Origin: Epiperipatus broadwayi
Taxonomy: Eukaryota > Animalia > Onychophora
Reading direction: 5' to 3'
Assembly: GCA_028023455.1 (NCBI GenBank)
Contig: JAQFVV010000001.1
Coordinates: forward strand, 12,462,001-12,526,000
Length of the DNA stretch: 64,000 nucleotides
The stretch's first letter is position 1, and the number at the start of each line of letters is the position of its first letter. The notes beneath the pieces are model-generated. The model did not search any database. It was not told the DNA's origin and was given only the letters and a program-made list of their open reading frames with translations. Position numbers and translations under genes: made by a program. Below, piece by piece: positions 23,291 to 36,609 of the stretch.

Positions 23291-23820
23291 GTGATGCAAA
23301 GAGGATTTTGTCAAATAAGCCCCATGTGTAAACTCGGTAATATGCATGAAGAAACACTGGAGCACATCTTCTATGCCTGCTCATACCTGAGTTGCACGAG
23401 AAACAAAATTATCGCATTTCCTCTGGCTGTGGCAATGTCCTGTCAATTGATCTAGCAATTAAAGAAGGAAACTATGCAACTATCAGGCTAGCAGCATGCC
23501 TACTACATGCCTTATAGACCACCAGGTGCCAACATACCTTCAGGCAAGGACATAGTGATCCTTGGAGAACTTTTAAAACAATACTAATAAGCATGAAGAA
23601 CAGAGATCAACTCCTTGTGCCAGAGCGTCTCTTTGTAGACACATGGGCACAGATTATCATTTGTGATGATGAGACAACAACTCAGACTACTGCGCTAAAT
23701 GTTGTGATGACAACACCACACAGATTGGTTGCAAAACTTTGAACTTCTATATGAAACTCTTGTAATTACCAAATGTAGCTATCTGACACTGTAAATCTTT
23801 TTCTTAATAAAAAAAAAAAA
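23291..23820 (+). mobile_element. 5'-truncated Tx1/L1-clade LINE 3' end
   Basis: Reads PMCKLGNMHEETLEHIFYACSYL (RT-downstream zinc knuckle), L*TTRCQHTF (W..R...F-like motif) and FVDTWAQIIIC. Ends in AATAAA plus poly(A). Near-identical flanks AAAACCAAATAG (23279-23290) and AAAACCCAAATAG after the poly(A) act as the TSD. Confidence 0.8.
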
Positions 23821-25459
23821 CCCAAATAGCTTCCTATAAATCTGTGGTCATTGAGTATTAAAATAATTAATCACTGATACATCTTAAATGATGTTTTACT
23901 ATAAAATGAAATCAATGTTCTAAAAATCGTTGGGGACTATTTCTGATTGTGATTTTCTTTTTGCAAAAGAAATTTAAAGTAAACAAATTGGGTTCTTTCT
24001 GCGAACTCAGTTAATTTGCTTTTTTTTTTTTTTAATTTTTTCAAATCCATGCAATTTCATTATCCAAGTGGATTCTATTAAAATCCCTTTTCAAATGTCT
24101 ATATAAAATTAATCTATTTCATCACCTTGGTGATTGAAAGTTTTAGAAAGATTATATTTACATGAGATGTTTATTACAATAACATATCAGAAATATAGAG
24201 TGCATGCCAGCAATTTTATTTTTTCACACCATACTTTTTACATGAATTGTTTTTATATAATGTAACATTATTCATTATATTAGTATTTCATTAAATATTT
24301 AATTTTTTTCTCAACAATGGCTTTAACAAAATTAAACCTCACTCTGGAGAAAGCTACTTATGTGTAAAACCATGATTAGAATTTCTGTGATCATATAAAT
24401 TTTAGCAGTTTTGTTAATGTCATACTTTAAAGTTATATTGGATAAAAGCTTGGTGGGCAGTTGGTTTCCTATGAATTTAAAAAGCAAGTTTATATTTCAT
24501 CAAGCCTATCGAGGAATAAAAAAGAGTGCTAATAGATTCTTCATACTCTAGTTAAGATTTTTCTTGTGAAGATTTCTCCAGAGATTTTTTCCAAAATCTC
24601 TTTTAAACAAAAAACAAGTTTAAAACTTGCTAATGCTTGTATTTATGACAATAGATGGCGTTCTATCAAAAATACCGTCAAGCGTATGTTCTTTTTAAGT
24701 AACTTCATAGAATGTGCTGACAAAGAAAACCATTACATGCTTGTAGCATATTAAAAAATTTCAGTGTAATAGAATGAATATGTTGAGTAAATATTTATTT
24801 TACCCCCCCCCCCCCTTTAATAAAAATTCTAGCTAGGAATTTCTAGGATTGTGAAAAAAAAAGCAAAAAGTATTCCAACTTGAAAAAATATTAAATGAAG
24901 AATAATAGTTTAATGTTTTCACATTTGAATAAGCATACATTTAAGATCAAAATCTTTTAAAAGTAATAAATTATACTTATCATATTTTACCTCAAATAAT
25001 TATTGAAAATTAATGAGTGATATAATTAAGAAAATGTGTAAAATAGTTTAGAAAGTAAAGGTGAATTCATCTTTATCAGGCAGTTATTTTAATTGTGAAT
25101 TTAATGGGCATAAATTTGATGATTCCAGAGCTTTACAGATAAAAATTATATATATAAAAGTGTATATGATATCAGGCTAGAGTTGAAAGAGTCTTAGAAT
25201 AAAATACTGGAGTCAAAAATAAAAATCATTGGTGACTCTTGATATTGTGTCTCATAGCTTGGCAGTAAACATCATTTCCTCCATGTATTTATATATAGAA
25301 GGAGAAATTGATGGTTAGAAAGAAATAGCAGAGTGGGAGCATTTATTTATTTGTACTTTTTATTCCTGACTTGTAATTATTAATACTGCTTACAGCAAAC
25401 TATCTTAATATTAGCAAATATAACTTTTTGACTATTTATCAAGCACACAAGAAGTTTGT

Positions 25460-26115
25460 AATTAGAAAGAGAAAGGCTTTAACCTTTTTCATATGCACCT
25501 TAAATATGTATATAATAGACAGATGATATAGTTTTTGACTACAGAGGGACCTCTCGAACCTCAACACAAGATAGGGACTTTATAAAGATAAGAGTGGCTG
25601 TCTTATCTTTAACTTAAATTCTTATTTGTATAAGCCAATCTGAAACATCCTGATTTGAAAGCATGAAGATATTACTCTCTTCACATTTAAATCTACCATT
25701 TCCTTCCACAAATTAACTTACGTGAAATCTTGCAATTTTATGAGTTAATATTCAGACTTCCTGTGCACTTGATAAATAATCAAAACATTACATTAGTTTT
25801 TATATTTCCATTAAAAGGATCTTAATATTAATTCGTAAAATTGCAAGATTTTGCATAAGTTAGTTTATGAATTGAAATAGTGATTTAAATGTGAATTGAG
25901 TAAAATCTTCATGCTTTCAAATCAAGATGCTTCAGATTGACCTATATAAATAAGAATTTAGATTAAAGATAAGATGGCTACTCTTACCTTTATAAAATCC
26001 CTATCTTGTGTTAAGGTTTGAGAGGTCCCACTTTAGTCAAAAACTACATCATTTAGCTCTTATACCCAAGTTTAAGCGCATGTAAAAAAAGGTTAAATCC
26101 TTTCTCATTCTACTA
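25460..26115. repeat. Long foldback element / palindromic MITE, arms about 290 bp each
   Basis: Left GAGAAAGGCTTTAACCTTTTT...GGGACCTCTCGAACCTCAACACAAGATAGGGACTTTATAAAG...TTCACATTTAAATC...GAAATCTTGCAATTTTATGA mirrors the reverse complement of 25830-26112 with scattered mismatches. Central spacer about 70 bp. Exact ends uncertain. Confidence 0.85.
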
Positions 26116-26281
26116 TTATCAATCATGTATACATAAAATAGTCTAAATAGCTCTCAGCAGAATAAAGGGTTTCTCCAGTATCCTTTCACAATTATACAGT
26201 GAAGAAGAAGACTCACAAGACTGGTCAAATATTTATTGGTAAGATTTGTTTTATCCTTGATCTAAAACAATCGGATACTCA

Positions 26282-26328
26282 TTTATTAATTCACAATTGC
26301 ATTTCTTGATCAGCTATGGAATGGTTAC
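26282..26328 (-). other. FHDC1: Probable start of the terminal 3'-UTR exon of the formin gene
   Basis: Strong pyrimidine tract plus CAG acceptor (AG at 26330-26329) and AATAAA at 26287-26282. Pairs with the GTAAGT donor at 27012, which lies 10 nt after the stop codon. Confidence 0.5.
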
Positions 26329-27022
26329 CTGAAAAGAAAAAGAAAAATTAAGTGTTTAAAAATCCTCAGCTATCTGAAAATATTCCACCAGATTCAAACT
26401 TCAGGTTGTCATCATAACATTCTGATAATTACTAGAAAATCTATGTATATATATGTAATAAATAAGTAAATTACGGTGCCATTTAAAAATTCTAATAATT
26501 GCCAGAAATAAGCAAAATAGATTTCAATATAGTGTATCAACTATTGGAAATAGCCTGTTTAATACTATTAAAGACAGAATTATATTAATAATTTATTTGC
26601 GTTTGTGTGATATATATATAGATAGATTTCAGTGCTTGATTTAAGAGATTTAATGCACAAACATCTGTATTTAAGGATCATGAACTGAAATATAATAGTT
26701 TGTTTTTAATTTGAATAAAGTGAAAATATTACATGAAGACAAAAATAATAAGAAAAGAAGAATAAAAGTATTTATTAAAAGAAATAACATGGGAATAGTG
26801 TATTGTGGGAATATAGCCATTTTAATAATATATTCTGTTGATAGGATTTCATTTCAGTAATTGAAAGCATGCTTCTGCAATTTAATATTTTACAAGTTAA
26901 ATGATACTATGATTACTTATTATATATGCACATTGTAAATTAGGTTATCTGTGAATATACTTTATAGCTTTAAATTATGAGTATTGCTCTTTATAAATAC
27001 AGAAATACTTACCAAATGAATA

Positions 27023-30000
27023 TTATGATGTTTTGTTATTTTTATTATTTTTTTGAATAGAAGATAATGTTGGAGCTGCAAATGAAGGCTTGTTAGGAGA
27101 TTTCAAATGAATTACAGTTCTTGATGATTTTACTGGAGCTTCGCCAGGACTTGGTGGCTCTGAATCAATCAACGAATCTCTGCTACTTTTTCTAGATCTA
27201 TTAATTGTCAATGAAAGACCATTATTTTTTGATGATCCTGATTGAGATAGCTTTCTCTGTTTATCATTAGATAATTTTGATGAAGTTGATAAGCGAGAGG
27301 TTGAAGAACACCGGGAGTCTATACTAGAGCAGGAATCTGTACGAGAGCCTTTAAATTTTGAAGTACTATTTTTTCTTTGAGGGAGAGTTAAAGTTTTTGA
27401 ATCTTGTTCTTTGTTTTTAGATTTTGTCAAAGACTGGAATATATTGGAAAGGCTTTTCTTTCGTGGAATAGTACTGGGCTTTTGTTTATTTTCTGATATA
27501 TCTCCTGCTAGACTGTGATAAGAACTGTGTAAATGTGATGATGAATTTAAATTAGTGTCTTCATGATGATTTCTTGATGTTGGTTCATTTGAAAGACTTG
27601 TTCTAGAGCTTCGCAAACTTTGGTTACTAGATGTTACCAAATTTTGTCGTGATCTTACACGAGTTCCCATTTGTGGTTGAACTTTGATAATAGAATTAGA
27701 ACGAGAAGAATGTGAACTGATAGTCTGTGATCTTTGAAAAGGCTGATTTACTTTTCCTGATTCAATTCTAAGACTTCCACTTCGTGAAATAGTGGGTCCA
27801 AACTTTGATGCTAGCTTTTGAGTTTCTGAAACTGGTTTATCTATTTCTTTTATTTTTTTCTGACTGAGAGAAATGACTACATTAGACTCAGTTTGTGAAA
27901 TCTCATATGGTAATTGAGGTGGGGGTTCTTTTGGTGGTGGACAAGTAGGAGTTCTAGATTTTATTATGAAAGTAGCAGTTGGGATGTCCTTTTCATTTTT
28001 CTGCCTTAAAGAAATATTTGTTTTTATATTTAATTTTTCCTTTTTTGTAGAAATTTTGTTTAAGGCATTAGTTATTTCATTTGCCTGAGGAATTTTAGAG
28101 TTTACTGGGGCTGTTGGTTTGGTATTTCTTGGAGAATCTGTCAGTTCATTATCTAAAGTACAACTAGAATTAGTATACTGTGAAGCAGCACTTAAAGAGG
28201 AATGTGTTTCAGTTTCAAAACCCTCATCTCTTTCGCCTGGAGATATTAAATCAGTTTCTGTATCACTTCCATCACTATCACTTTGTTTCACTTTAGGTGT
28301 ACTTTCTCCACTTTCTAATTCTCCTTCATTGTCAAATGCTCTTTGCCACAATGGTTTAAGTTGAGAAGAAACTGAATTACTTGATATTATGGCTTTTTTT
28401 TGAGGTGATGGTGTTCTTTGACTTTCGCTTTCATTTCCTTGCAAAGACTTTCGTCTCCAAGGTGCTACAAAATTATTTTCAGTTGTTTCTTTTTTATCTG
28501 GTGAACTATTTCTTTCATACTTGTTTAATGCTTCCTGAAATTTTGACCTGTTCTGTCGTAATGCTACATCAAGATCTTTAGGTTCAGCACCACTTTTTCT
28601 TCGATTTGATTCTTCTGGATTTTTGCTATCAACAAACTGATTTGATAACATCATTACTCTAGTTAGTTTACTAGGGCTTGAAGGTTGACTATGGTCTGAG
28701 CCTGATGATCCTTCATGGCTATCTATGGAAATATGAATATTCTTTTTCCAAGATGTTTCTGATCCAGGTGATTTTACTGGTTCTGATTTGTTAGGTATAA
28801 CTTTCTCTTGATGAATGATTTTAGACTCAGATGCTGATGACTCACTATTGATATTAAGCTGTAATTTGCTTCTATCATAATTTGGACTATTCTGCTTGCT
28901 TATGTTTTCTGTAGATGGTTTTAGAGAAACATTATAATGGATTAATTCATCTTTTTGTTCATTTGATTGTTTACCATTATTTATTTTGTTTTTCCATGTC
29001 AAAGTTGCATTTTTAACTACAGTTGTATCAGTTTTATTCTCAGGTATTTCTTGTTTTAGTCTTTCACCCCAGCTTTTTTTTAAGTCTGAATTTTTATCTG
29101 ATTCTTCTAGTTTTGGTGGAATTGTGCTGAAATGATCTCTATCTCTTTTCTCACGAAATGTTTTACGAAGAGGATCATATCTATCAAATTTACTTATATT
29201 TTCATTTTCAGATTGTATCTGTTTTTTATTATATTCTTGTAAAGTTTTTTCAACATCTTTTTCTTCTATATTACTTCGAAATCGCTGTTTTTTAGATGAA
29301 TCATTTTCATAATGTGGGCGTTCTTTCCAATTCATTCGTAATGAACTACTGCGTTGTAAACTAATAATTTGATTATCCAAGTTGTTGCTAGTAGTTTCTG
29401 CAGAATTTTGAAATTTTTTTGCTAAACGTGCTATTCCACTATCAGGTGGAAGTCTATCAATTTTAGTTGGAGAATGGACTTCTTCCCTTGCATTAGGCAA
29501 TGACTCAGAATGACTTTTAAATTTTGGCTGAAGCAGTGGTGTAGCTGGACATGATGATGGCTCTATATGTTTTGGCGAATTGTTTAAACTAGTTTCACCT
29601 TCGGTACTCCGAGAAGTTCGTCTTCTCCACCAATCATCAGGTTTGGTTGGAGAAGTTGGTGATTTCAAAGTTTCTGGTTTAGATTTGTTATCAGGTGATT
29701 TTATTCTTATATCTTCATTTTCTTTTTGTATTTGAGTATTTACAGCAATATGTGCATTTAGACAAGAGTCAGAAATATTATTTTGAGATGAATCAGGACT
29801 TTTAACCTTTCTTTCAAATTTATTTACAGCATTTAAAACTGAACTAGATTCTGAGTGGTTTAATCTTCTTGGCCAAGGACCTAATGTTGAAGCATCATTA
29901 TTTGGGGAGTTTGGTGTGACTGAAGATGCTTTTAATTTTTCAGGCAATAAGTCATTTTCTTGAATTACATTCAATTCAGAATCTTTTCCTTGTGAAATAT

Positions 30001-30819
30001 GCCTTAGACGCCTATATTGTCTTCTTTCACTTTCAATTTCTTGAGCTGAATTAGACATATTTAAAGTACTTTTTCTCCAAGGAGATTTGTCTTTTAATTG
30101 CTCCTCTTCTACTGTTTCGATTGCTTTTTGGACATCTGCTTTTCTCATATGATTTGCCCACTTGGGAGAAGAAATATTACTATCATCTGTAAAATCTGAT
30201 TCATTATCTGTACTAGCAAAGCTATCTCTTTTCCAGTCTTGACGTCTGCCTTGAGAATGAAGTAATGATTCAACATCTTTAGAATCAATTACATTATTCC
30301 AGTTTTTAGTTTTCTTATCTTCCTCTGAGTCTGTTTGACTCTCATTTAACCATTCTTCAATTTTATTTCTCCAACCTTTAGGCTTCTCAGGTGTCTTGTA
30401 CAACTCAGTAGAGGATGTTATTCGTTCTCGATCACTAAACATTTCAAATATTTTATTTCGATGCTTAATTCTTTCAAAAGACCTTCCTAAAGATCCATAT
30501 CCTTCTATCATGCTTGATGGTCTTCGTAATTTTTTTTCTTCAGAATTCTGTTTCAAAAAGTCTAGTAATTCTTCATCATCAGATGTATCTAGATTTTTTC
30601 TAAAACGTTTTTTAGTTGCTGTTGTATCTGACATATATCCACTTTCAAGATTCTCATCCTTTAACCCTGTACCATTTGGAATACCATGGATTTGTTTTAA
30701 ATTTTTAAGTCTTTGTTGTTCTGCTTCAGATGTTTGTTTACTTGTCCTTCTTCCTTCACTTGCTGTTCGAACAAGTCTACGTTTATCCATAGTTTCTGTA
30801 TCTGATTGACATTTTTCAT
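27023..30819 (-). CDS. FHDC1: Large coding exon of an FHDC1/INF1-type formin: about 1265-aa low-complexity Ser/Lys/Glu/Asn-rich C-terminal tail
   Basis: 3.8-kb uninterrupted ORF in AT-rich DNA. Acceptor TTTTCTTTTTCAG at 30821 in phase 1 matches the upstream exon ending in phase 1 (…SLS D EKCQSDTET MDKRR…). The Met at 30790 in the ORF track is internal. Stop TAA at 27025-27023; the exon continues to a donor at 27013. Confidence 0.85.
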
Positions 30820-32929
30820 CTGAAAAAGAAAAGAAAATTGAGAATTTTTTAAAAGAATAATCATAGATTTAATTTTTTTACAATATTTCACATGTATATA
30901 TAAACTGCAATATATGTTGTAAAAGTGTAGGAGTGAATGACACGGGGGTGATGGAAAAATATCCCCAAATAAGTAAAATGAATGTGAGCAGAGGCAGCAT
31001 TTAAATTGAAAATAAGTTATAAATGTTAAACCGTTAATCATTAAGATAATAAACAATCATCCTTTGTGACTGCTAGACTAATCATCTAGCCAATGCCAAA
31101 CTTATGGCATAATATAAAAGCGCTAATTTGCATGCATAAGTGCTATAGTTGCAACAGTACAAAAAAAAATACTGAGAAAATATAATGATCATCAATGCTC
31201 TTGGCCACTTGGTACTTTGAGTGTAACTGGCCATAAAATAAAATAGTAATTATTAAAGTGAATGGACTTTAAAGGTGATTTTATCTTTGTGCCATCCAAA
31301 TCATTCTACAGAGAATAATCTGGATGTTCAAACATACACATATATTACCATGTAAATATTGTAAACACCATTATTGTGGACTCCAGGGATTGTAACTGTG
31401 AGCAAGAAAGCAAATATATAATACTTAAAACAAATATTTTATTAATTACTCATGAAAAAAAATCTTTAATATGTTTTGCCTTGGGTAGTTATCAATTCAG
31501 GTTGAAAATGTGGATCAATAGAAGTAGAAAGATAGACTTAAATGTTAATGTTCACAAACTTCAATATGCTGCTACTGCATTTAAATAGTTAAAAGATTAT
31601 TTTATTATAGTGATATAACCAATTAAATTAAATGTATATTGTGGATTAAAGTGTAAAATCAAAAAAAAAGTGAAAATAAATGATTATTTAAATCCTCTAG
31701 ACTTTGAATAAAAAGATGCTTCATGATATTTATAAAGTCAACCATTATATTTTTCAACATACTGGATGTAATACCAAATCTAAATTTGTAAGATCATATC
31801 TTCACCAAAAGTAATTATGATGAACTTTCTATGATTATCATGGAAGCTGCAGACTTTACATTTTGAAGTTCATCTCAAAAATATTCTGAAGTATTGGAAT
31901 ATTAATTGCTTTCAATAGAAAAATTTTAGAGAGTATAGAATACAATGGTGAGCTACAATATGACAGAGAATTTCAGAAAAAAAGTTTAATACAAAGGAGG
32001 TTAAAAGATAGAATCATGACATATCATCTAAGCAGATTAAGAGATTAGCCAGTGATCTATGTGAGCATATAAGTGATCCACATATTGGATTGTATAATGT
32101 TTTACTTTTTAATCCTTTTTTTCCCCAGAATGATCATGACCATATTCATGATATTGACTGCTAATGTAAATTAAGAAGATTAGTTTTGATTAAAAATATA
32201 AAAACTAGATGTGATCAAGATTCACATTTATTTCTATATCGGTTTTTATTCTTCATTTTATAGCATTTCTACACAGTTTTAATTATTAATAGACATTAGA
32301 TTTCTGCATGCATACTTAATATATACAATGTAATTGCAACTATAAATGATCTTAATTCTGTATTGAAATACCAATTAGATAAAACTAAACCAAATTTTAC
32401 ATACATTTTCAAATGATGCAATATATATATATTTCTGGAATCATGAATACATTTTTTGCCATTGGGAAAAATATAATTTCCATAAAATATAGTACTGTAT
32501 AGCTAACATAGATATAAATTATTTGTAGTTTTGGATAAGATTCAGAAATTAGGAAAGTATATTTTGGGAGAAATATAAAAATGGAGATGAAGTTATACAA
32601 GATGAAATAGAATAGACATTATTTCAAATGAAAAATGTCAAGATAATTGTTTGGACAATTACAATGTAGAGATGGGAATAGAATTACTAAATTAATTTTT
32701 AATTGAAAGGAATGCTATAGAAACTGGTTACGGTAACAATTAAGATTAAAATAATTAGATGATGAATGCATCTCATATCTTATATAAAAATTGGAATGAA
32801 CATTTCAATAAAAAACTGATCTGCAATAGGTAAAGATTAGGTTAGAAAATTTAGTGATTTAAAAGACTAAAAGCATGATGAAAAAATATGTAGCAAAAAT
32901 AAATAAATACTAATGTTATTAATTGGATA

Positions 32930-33150
32930 TCTATTATTAAAGCTGAATGCATTTATGATAACAATAGAGAAATTGAATTATTATTTAAGTCATGAATAAG
33001 TCCAGGAATAAAACCCATTCTAAGGAAATGGAGAAAAGATTTAAATATGCCATATGAATTATGTGGGACAGAAAATGTTGAACATTTATTATTGGAATGT
33101 AACAGTTTTAGTAAAAATAGAGTAGCAATAATACAAGTATATAAATAGAC
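32930..33150 (+). mobile_element. Decayed non-LTR retrotransposon 3' coding remnant related to 62935-63430
   Basis: One frame reads IYDNNREIELLFKS*...ELCGTENVEHLLLECNSF, with the same YDN..LLFK and C..E.VxHL..C pattern as the 63-kb fragment. Confidence 0.55.
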
Positions 33151-33493
33151 AAAAAAATAATGGATTTTTTTAGGATCATTGAAAAATATCAGAAATAAGG
33201 AATAAAATGGTGGAGAAAATGAAGATTTTAAAAAAAACTGAGACAAATGAATGTCTTCTAGAATATTCACTATATAAAATATCTGTTAAGACTGACTTCA
33301 CTATTTCCAAAAATAATTTGGTTTCTTACCTGAATTTGCTTGATAAGCTCTGATATCCTTCCAATGTTAGATAGTTAATTGAAAAAAAAAAAAAACTTAT
33401 TTTCCCATTATTACATTTCTTAATTATTATAAAAAGAATTTTAAACAAAATGTATAATTAAAACTCTACAATAGTTAGTTCAATTTTAGTTAC

Positions 33494-33581
33494 CAGAAAG
33501 ACTTCTTCTAGCCTTTTCTAATTCTCTCTGTCTACGCTTAGCCTCAGCTCTTTCTTCTTGAATTTTCCGCTGACGATTTTC
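33494..33581 (-). CDS. FHDC1: Formin exon, end of FH2 / coiled coil (ENRQRKIQEERAEAKRRQRELEKARRSLS)
   Basis: AG/GT boundaries, 88 nt, phase 0 to 1. Continues the AVE|ENxxRxxQE motif at the FH2 end. Confidence 0.9.
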
Positions 33582-33723
33582 CTATAATAATATTAGTTTT
33601 ACTATTTAATAGTTTTAATTAAAGTTGCAAAGTTTTCAATGAAAAAAAAAAGAAAATTATTAAAATAAAAATGACAAATCAATTAAATTTTAAATCCTAT
33701 ATATTAATAAATTATATACTAAC

Positions 33724-33888
33724 CTCAACAGCCCTCTTAAATTTTTGGCAAAAGTTATTAAAAATTTTAAAGCTTTCTTCAAGAGTAAATGTTTTAACAT
33801 CTTCACAAAAAAAATCAGACAATTCTTCTCTTAAAAATTCAATTTCTTCTATATCATCTCGCAGCTCACAAAGATCTCCTTTAGCCCA
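33724..33888 (-). CDS. FHDC1: Formin FH2 exon (WAKGDLCELRDDIEEIEFLREELSDFFCEDVKTFTLEESFKIFNNFCQKFKRAVE)
   Basis: AG/GT boundaries, 165 nt, phase 0/0. FFCED...F.IF..FC.KF..AV is closer to FHDC1/INF1 than to INF2 as remembered. Confidence 0.92.
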
Positions 33889-35423
33889 CTAAAATAAATA
33901 TAAATAATGTAAGAAAATATACAGAGAGCAAGCAAATGATGCTTTAATATGATTATCAATTATATTCTATATAAGAAATTATAAAATAAATAAAACATTT
34001 AGCATAATCTATTTTAATTCTTGGGATTATTCATATAAAATATTAAAAGAATAGTAATGTTGTGGTAAAATAACATTTGTTTTCAAATGAACAGAGATCT
34101 TTATAGAGTTGAAAACAAGTTATTTTTCTGAAACGTGTTTTTTTTAATATTTCACAGATTATTCTGAGAATTAAAGAGGACTATGCTACATTCTTTACCC
34201 ATGAGAATCTTTGCTTTAACTTATGCAGGGAAGTCTGCTAAAATGAATTAATTGATTTCAGAATACCATCATTATATGGTTGGGATGCATAAATTTAAGG
34301 ATAATCTGTTTTAGGCTTATAGCTAAGAACCAAAGTTATCCAAAACAGCCATTTAAGCAAAAAAAGAAATTATATATATATAATTAATGACTGCACTTAA
34401 GTATAATTTATATTTTAAAGACAACTTTCATCTTTTAAAAGCATGTTTAATCCATGCTGCATTTGCTTATAGGAACTTTCAAATATTTTATTTTTCCTAG
34501 AAAATATAGTAAAGCAAATAATATATTATTGAAAATGGAATCATTTCTGTGTCTTTTCTATGACATTGTTTGTCCAATTTTTAATTACATCATTTATTTC
34601 TACTGACCCAAGATTTTTTAACCAACATTAGACATCTCAATAATGCATAGAATTTATAACAGTTTTGCAATAATGTCATGAGATAAAATTAAAATATACA
34701 AAATTTTCATTTGGGAAAATAATGCATTAAAATTTTTTGTTAATGTGAAGTTTAAAGATGAGAAGTCATGTTTGAAGTGTACTGGAATACAATTTAAGAG
34801 TATTTGTATGTCTTCTAGACTCAATAGCCACATTCTGTATTGATATAAATCATGGTATTAAAAAAATTATAATTTGTATATTCATGACATTTTTGTTTTT
34901 CAAAGTAATATGCATATACTTTACTTTTATTGCAATATTGTATTTTTTTTTAATTAATATATCTAATACATATTCTGATGTTTCTTAAAATAAGGAAATG
35001 AATTCTAAGATGGAATTTAAATGAAACTGCATAAAATGTCTATGAATCTTTTTAGCACCCCCTGCCCCCATTGGTTTAGCACATTGATAAAATGATGGAC
35101 TAGATTTCTACATTAATGCTCAATCATCTCCTCTGGTACTTGAATGGTTTACAATCTCCCAAGCTTAAACTAAAATATGTATATATATATATTATTAATA
35201 GTGGAAGGAGTTTGTTGGACAATCAAAACTTAGTTATTTTGGCAGTGTTGAATAATAAAATATGTATTAAAGTGAATAGAATGGTATTGTTTATTTCTAT
35301 TATTTGTCAAATTATTATTCATTGCAGGGGCAAAGCATCCATGTATTGAATGGAATGCGTGCTTCTATAGAAAAATTCACTAAAACGTTCAAAAGCTTTA
35401 ATTAAAATTCAATTTAAAAAATT

Positions 35424-35860
35424 CACTTTCAATTTTTTTACCAACAGTTGGATTGTTTTTATATACGTAAAGAATGAATTTGACTAACGCATTCTCGGTT
35501 AATTATAAGAAGTTCAAACAATTCTATGATCTAATTTATGGTTAAAACTTGTAAGAATATTAAAAGGATTTAGAAGATTAAAAATATATTGATAATGTAT
35601 TGTCTATATTTAAACTAATCACAGTCTGATTAGAATGAGCAATTCAAATTCATTACTTTTTATATGAAATTACTGTTGACTTCCAATTTTTTTTGCCAAC
35701 AGTTGAATTGTTTTTATATACGCAAAGAATGAACTTTACTAATACATTTTCAGTTAATAAGTTCAAACAATGCTAAGATCTAATTTAGGTAAAACTTTTA
35801 AGAATGTTAAAAGTATTTGGAAGATAAAAATATATTGATAATATATTCTCTGATTTACAT
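35424..35860. repeat. Old diverged tandem duplication, period about 250 bp
   Basis: CCAACAGTTG(G/A)ATTGTTTTTATATACG...AAGTTCAAACAAT...GATCTAATTTA...AAAAATATATTGATAAT occurs at about 35440-35600 and about 35690-35845. Confidence 0.8.
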
Positions 35861-36609
35861 AAAAGAGAGTTTAAGATTTGTCTAGATGTGTGTAATATAT
35901 ATATATATATTAGGTAATATTACGTAAAAATTGTTGTGGCAAGTGAAATAAAAAAAAAAGTGTGCTTCCATTCCTAAAAAAAGTCACACCTCATCACTGA
36001 TTCACTGCTAGCAAGAAAGCATAGAAAAGAATATATTTTGTATGAATGCAATTGTTTATATGAAAACTATAAACTTGAAAAAATAATTTCAGAGTTGTCT
36101 GACTAAAAAGACTGATTAAAATAATCCTTTTAATTAAACTGTGATAGTGTGAGATTAATTTTCACATAAATCATTTCATTTAAAATGAAGATAATTGGGA
36201 AAATGTATTTGTAGAATAAAAAAAAATACTGATAATCGGTTTAACTAGTTTATAAAGTATCTTTTCCCAAAAACATAGAATATATTTTAAGCATTCACAA
36301 AATAAGAAAAGAATAATATGAGAAAAAGAGAGAAGTTTTTGTTTTTACTATAGCTTGTCTTGGCAGAAAATCTTTTTTTTTGTAAGTAAATTTGGCCAGA
36401 TAATAAAAATAAATAATGAAAGTAAAATTGCAGATTTTTTTTTTTAAAAAAAAAAAAGAACTTCCGCTTTATAAAAGTTTCATTTCACAATTTTATATAA
36501 ACTATACTATTTTCCAAAGACACAAATTTTAAAATGATTTGAGAAATTTTTGGGGGGCAAGTGTCTATTGATGAGGATAATAAATAAAAATGTGTATATT
36601 GTTATCTGA

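Noticed and set aside
28119-30809. Plus-strand ORFs 28119-28364, 28381-28581 and 30396-30809
   Set aside because: Antisense shadows of the large formin exon, with no independent motifs.
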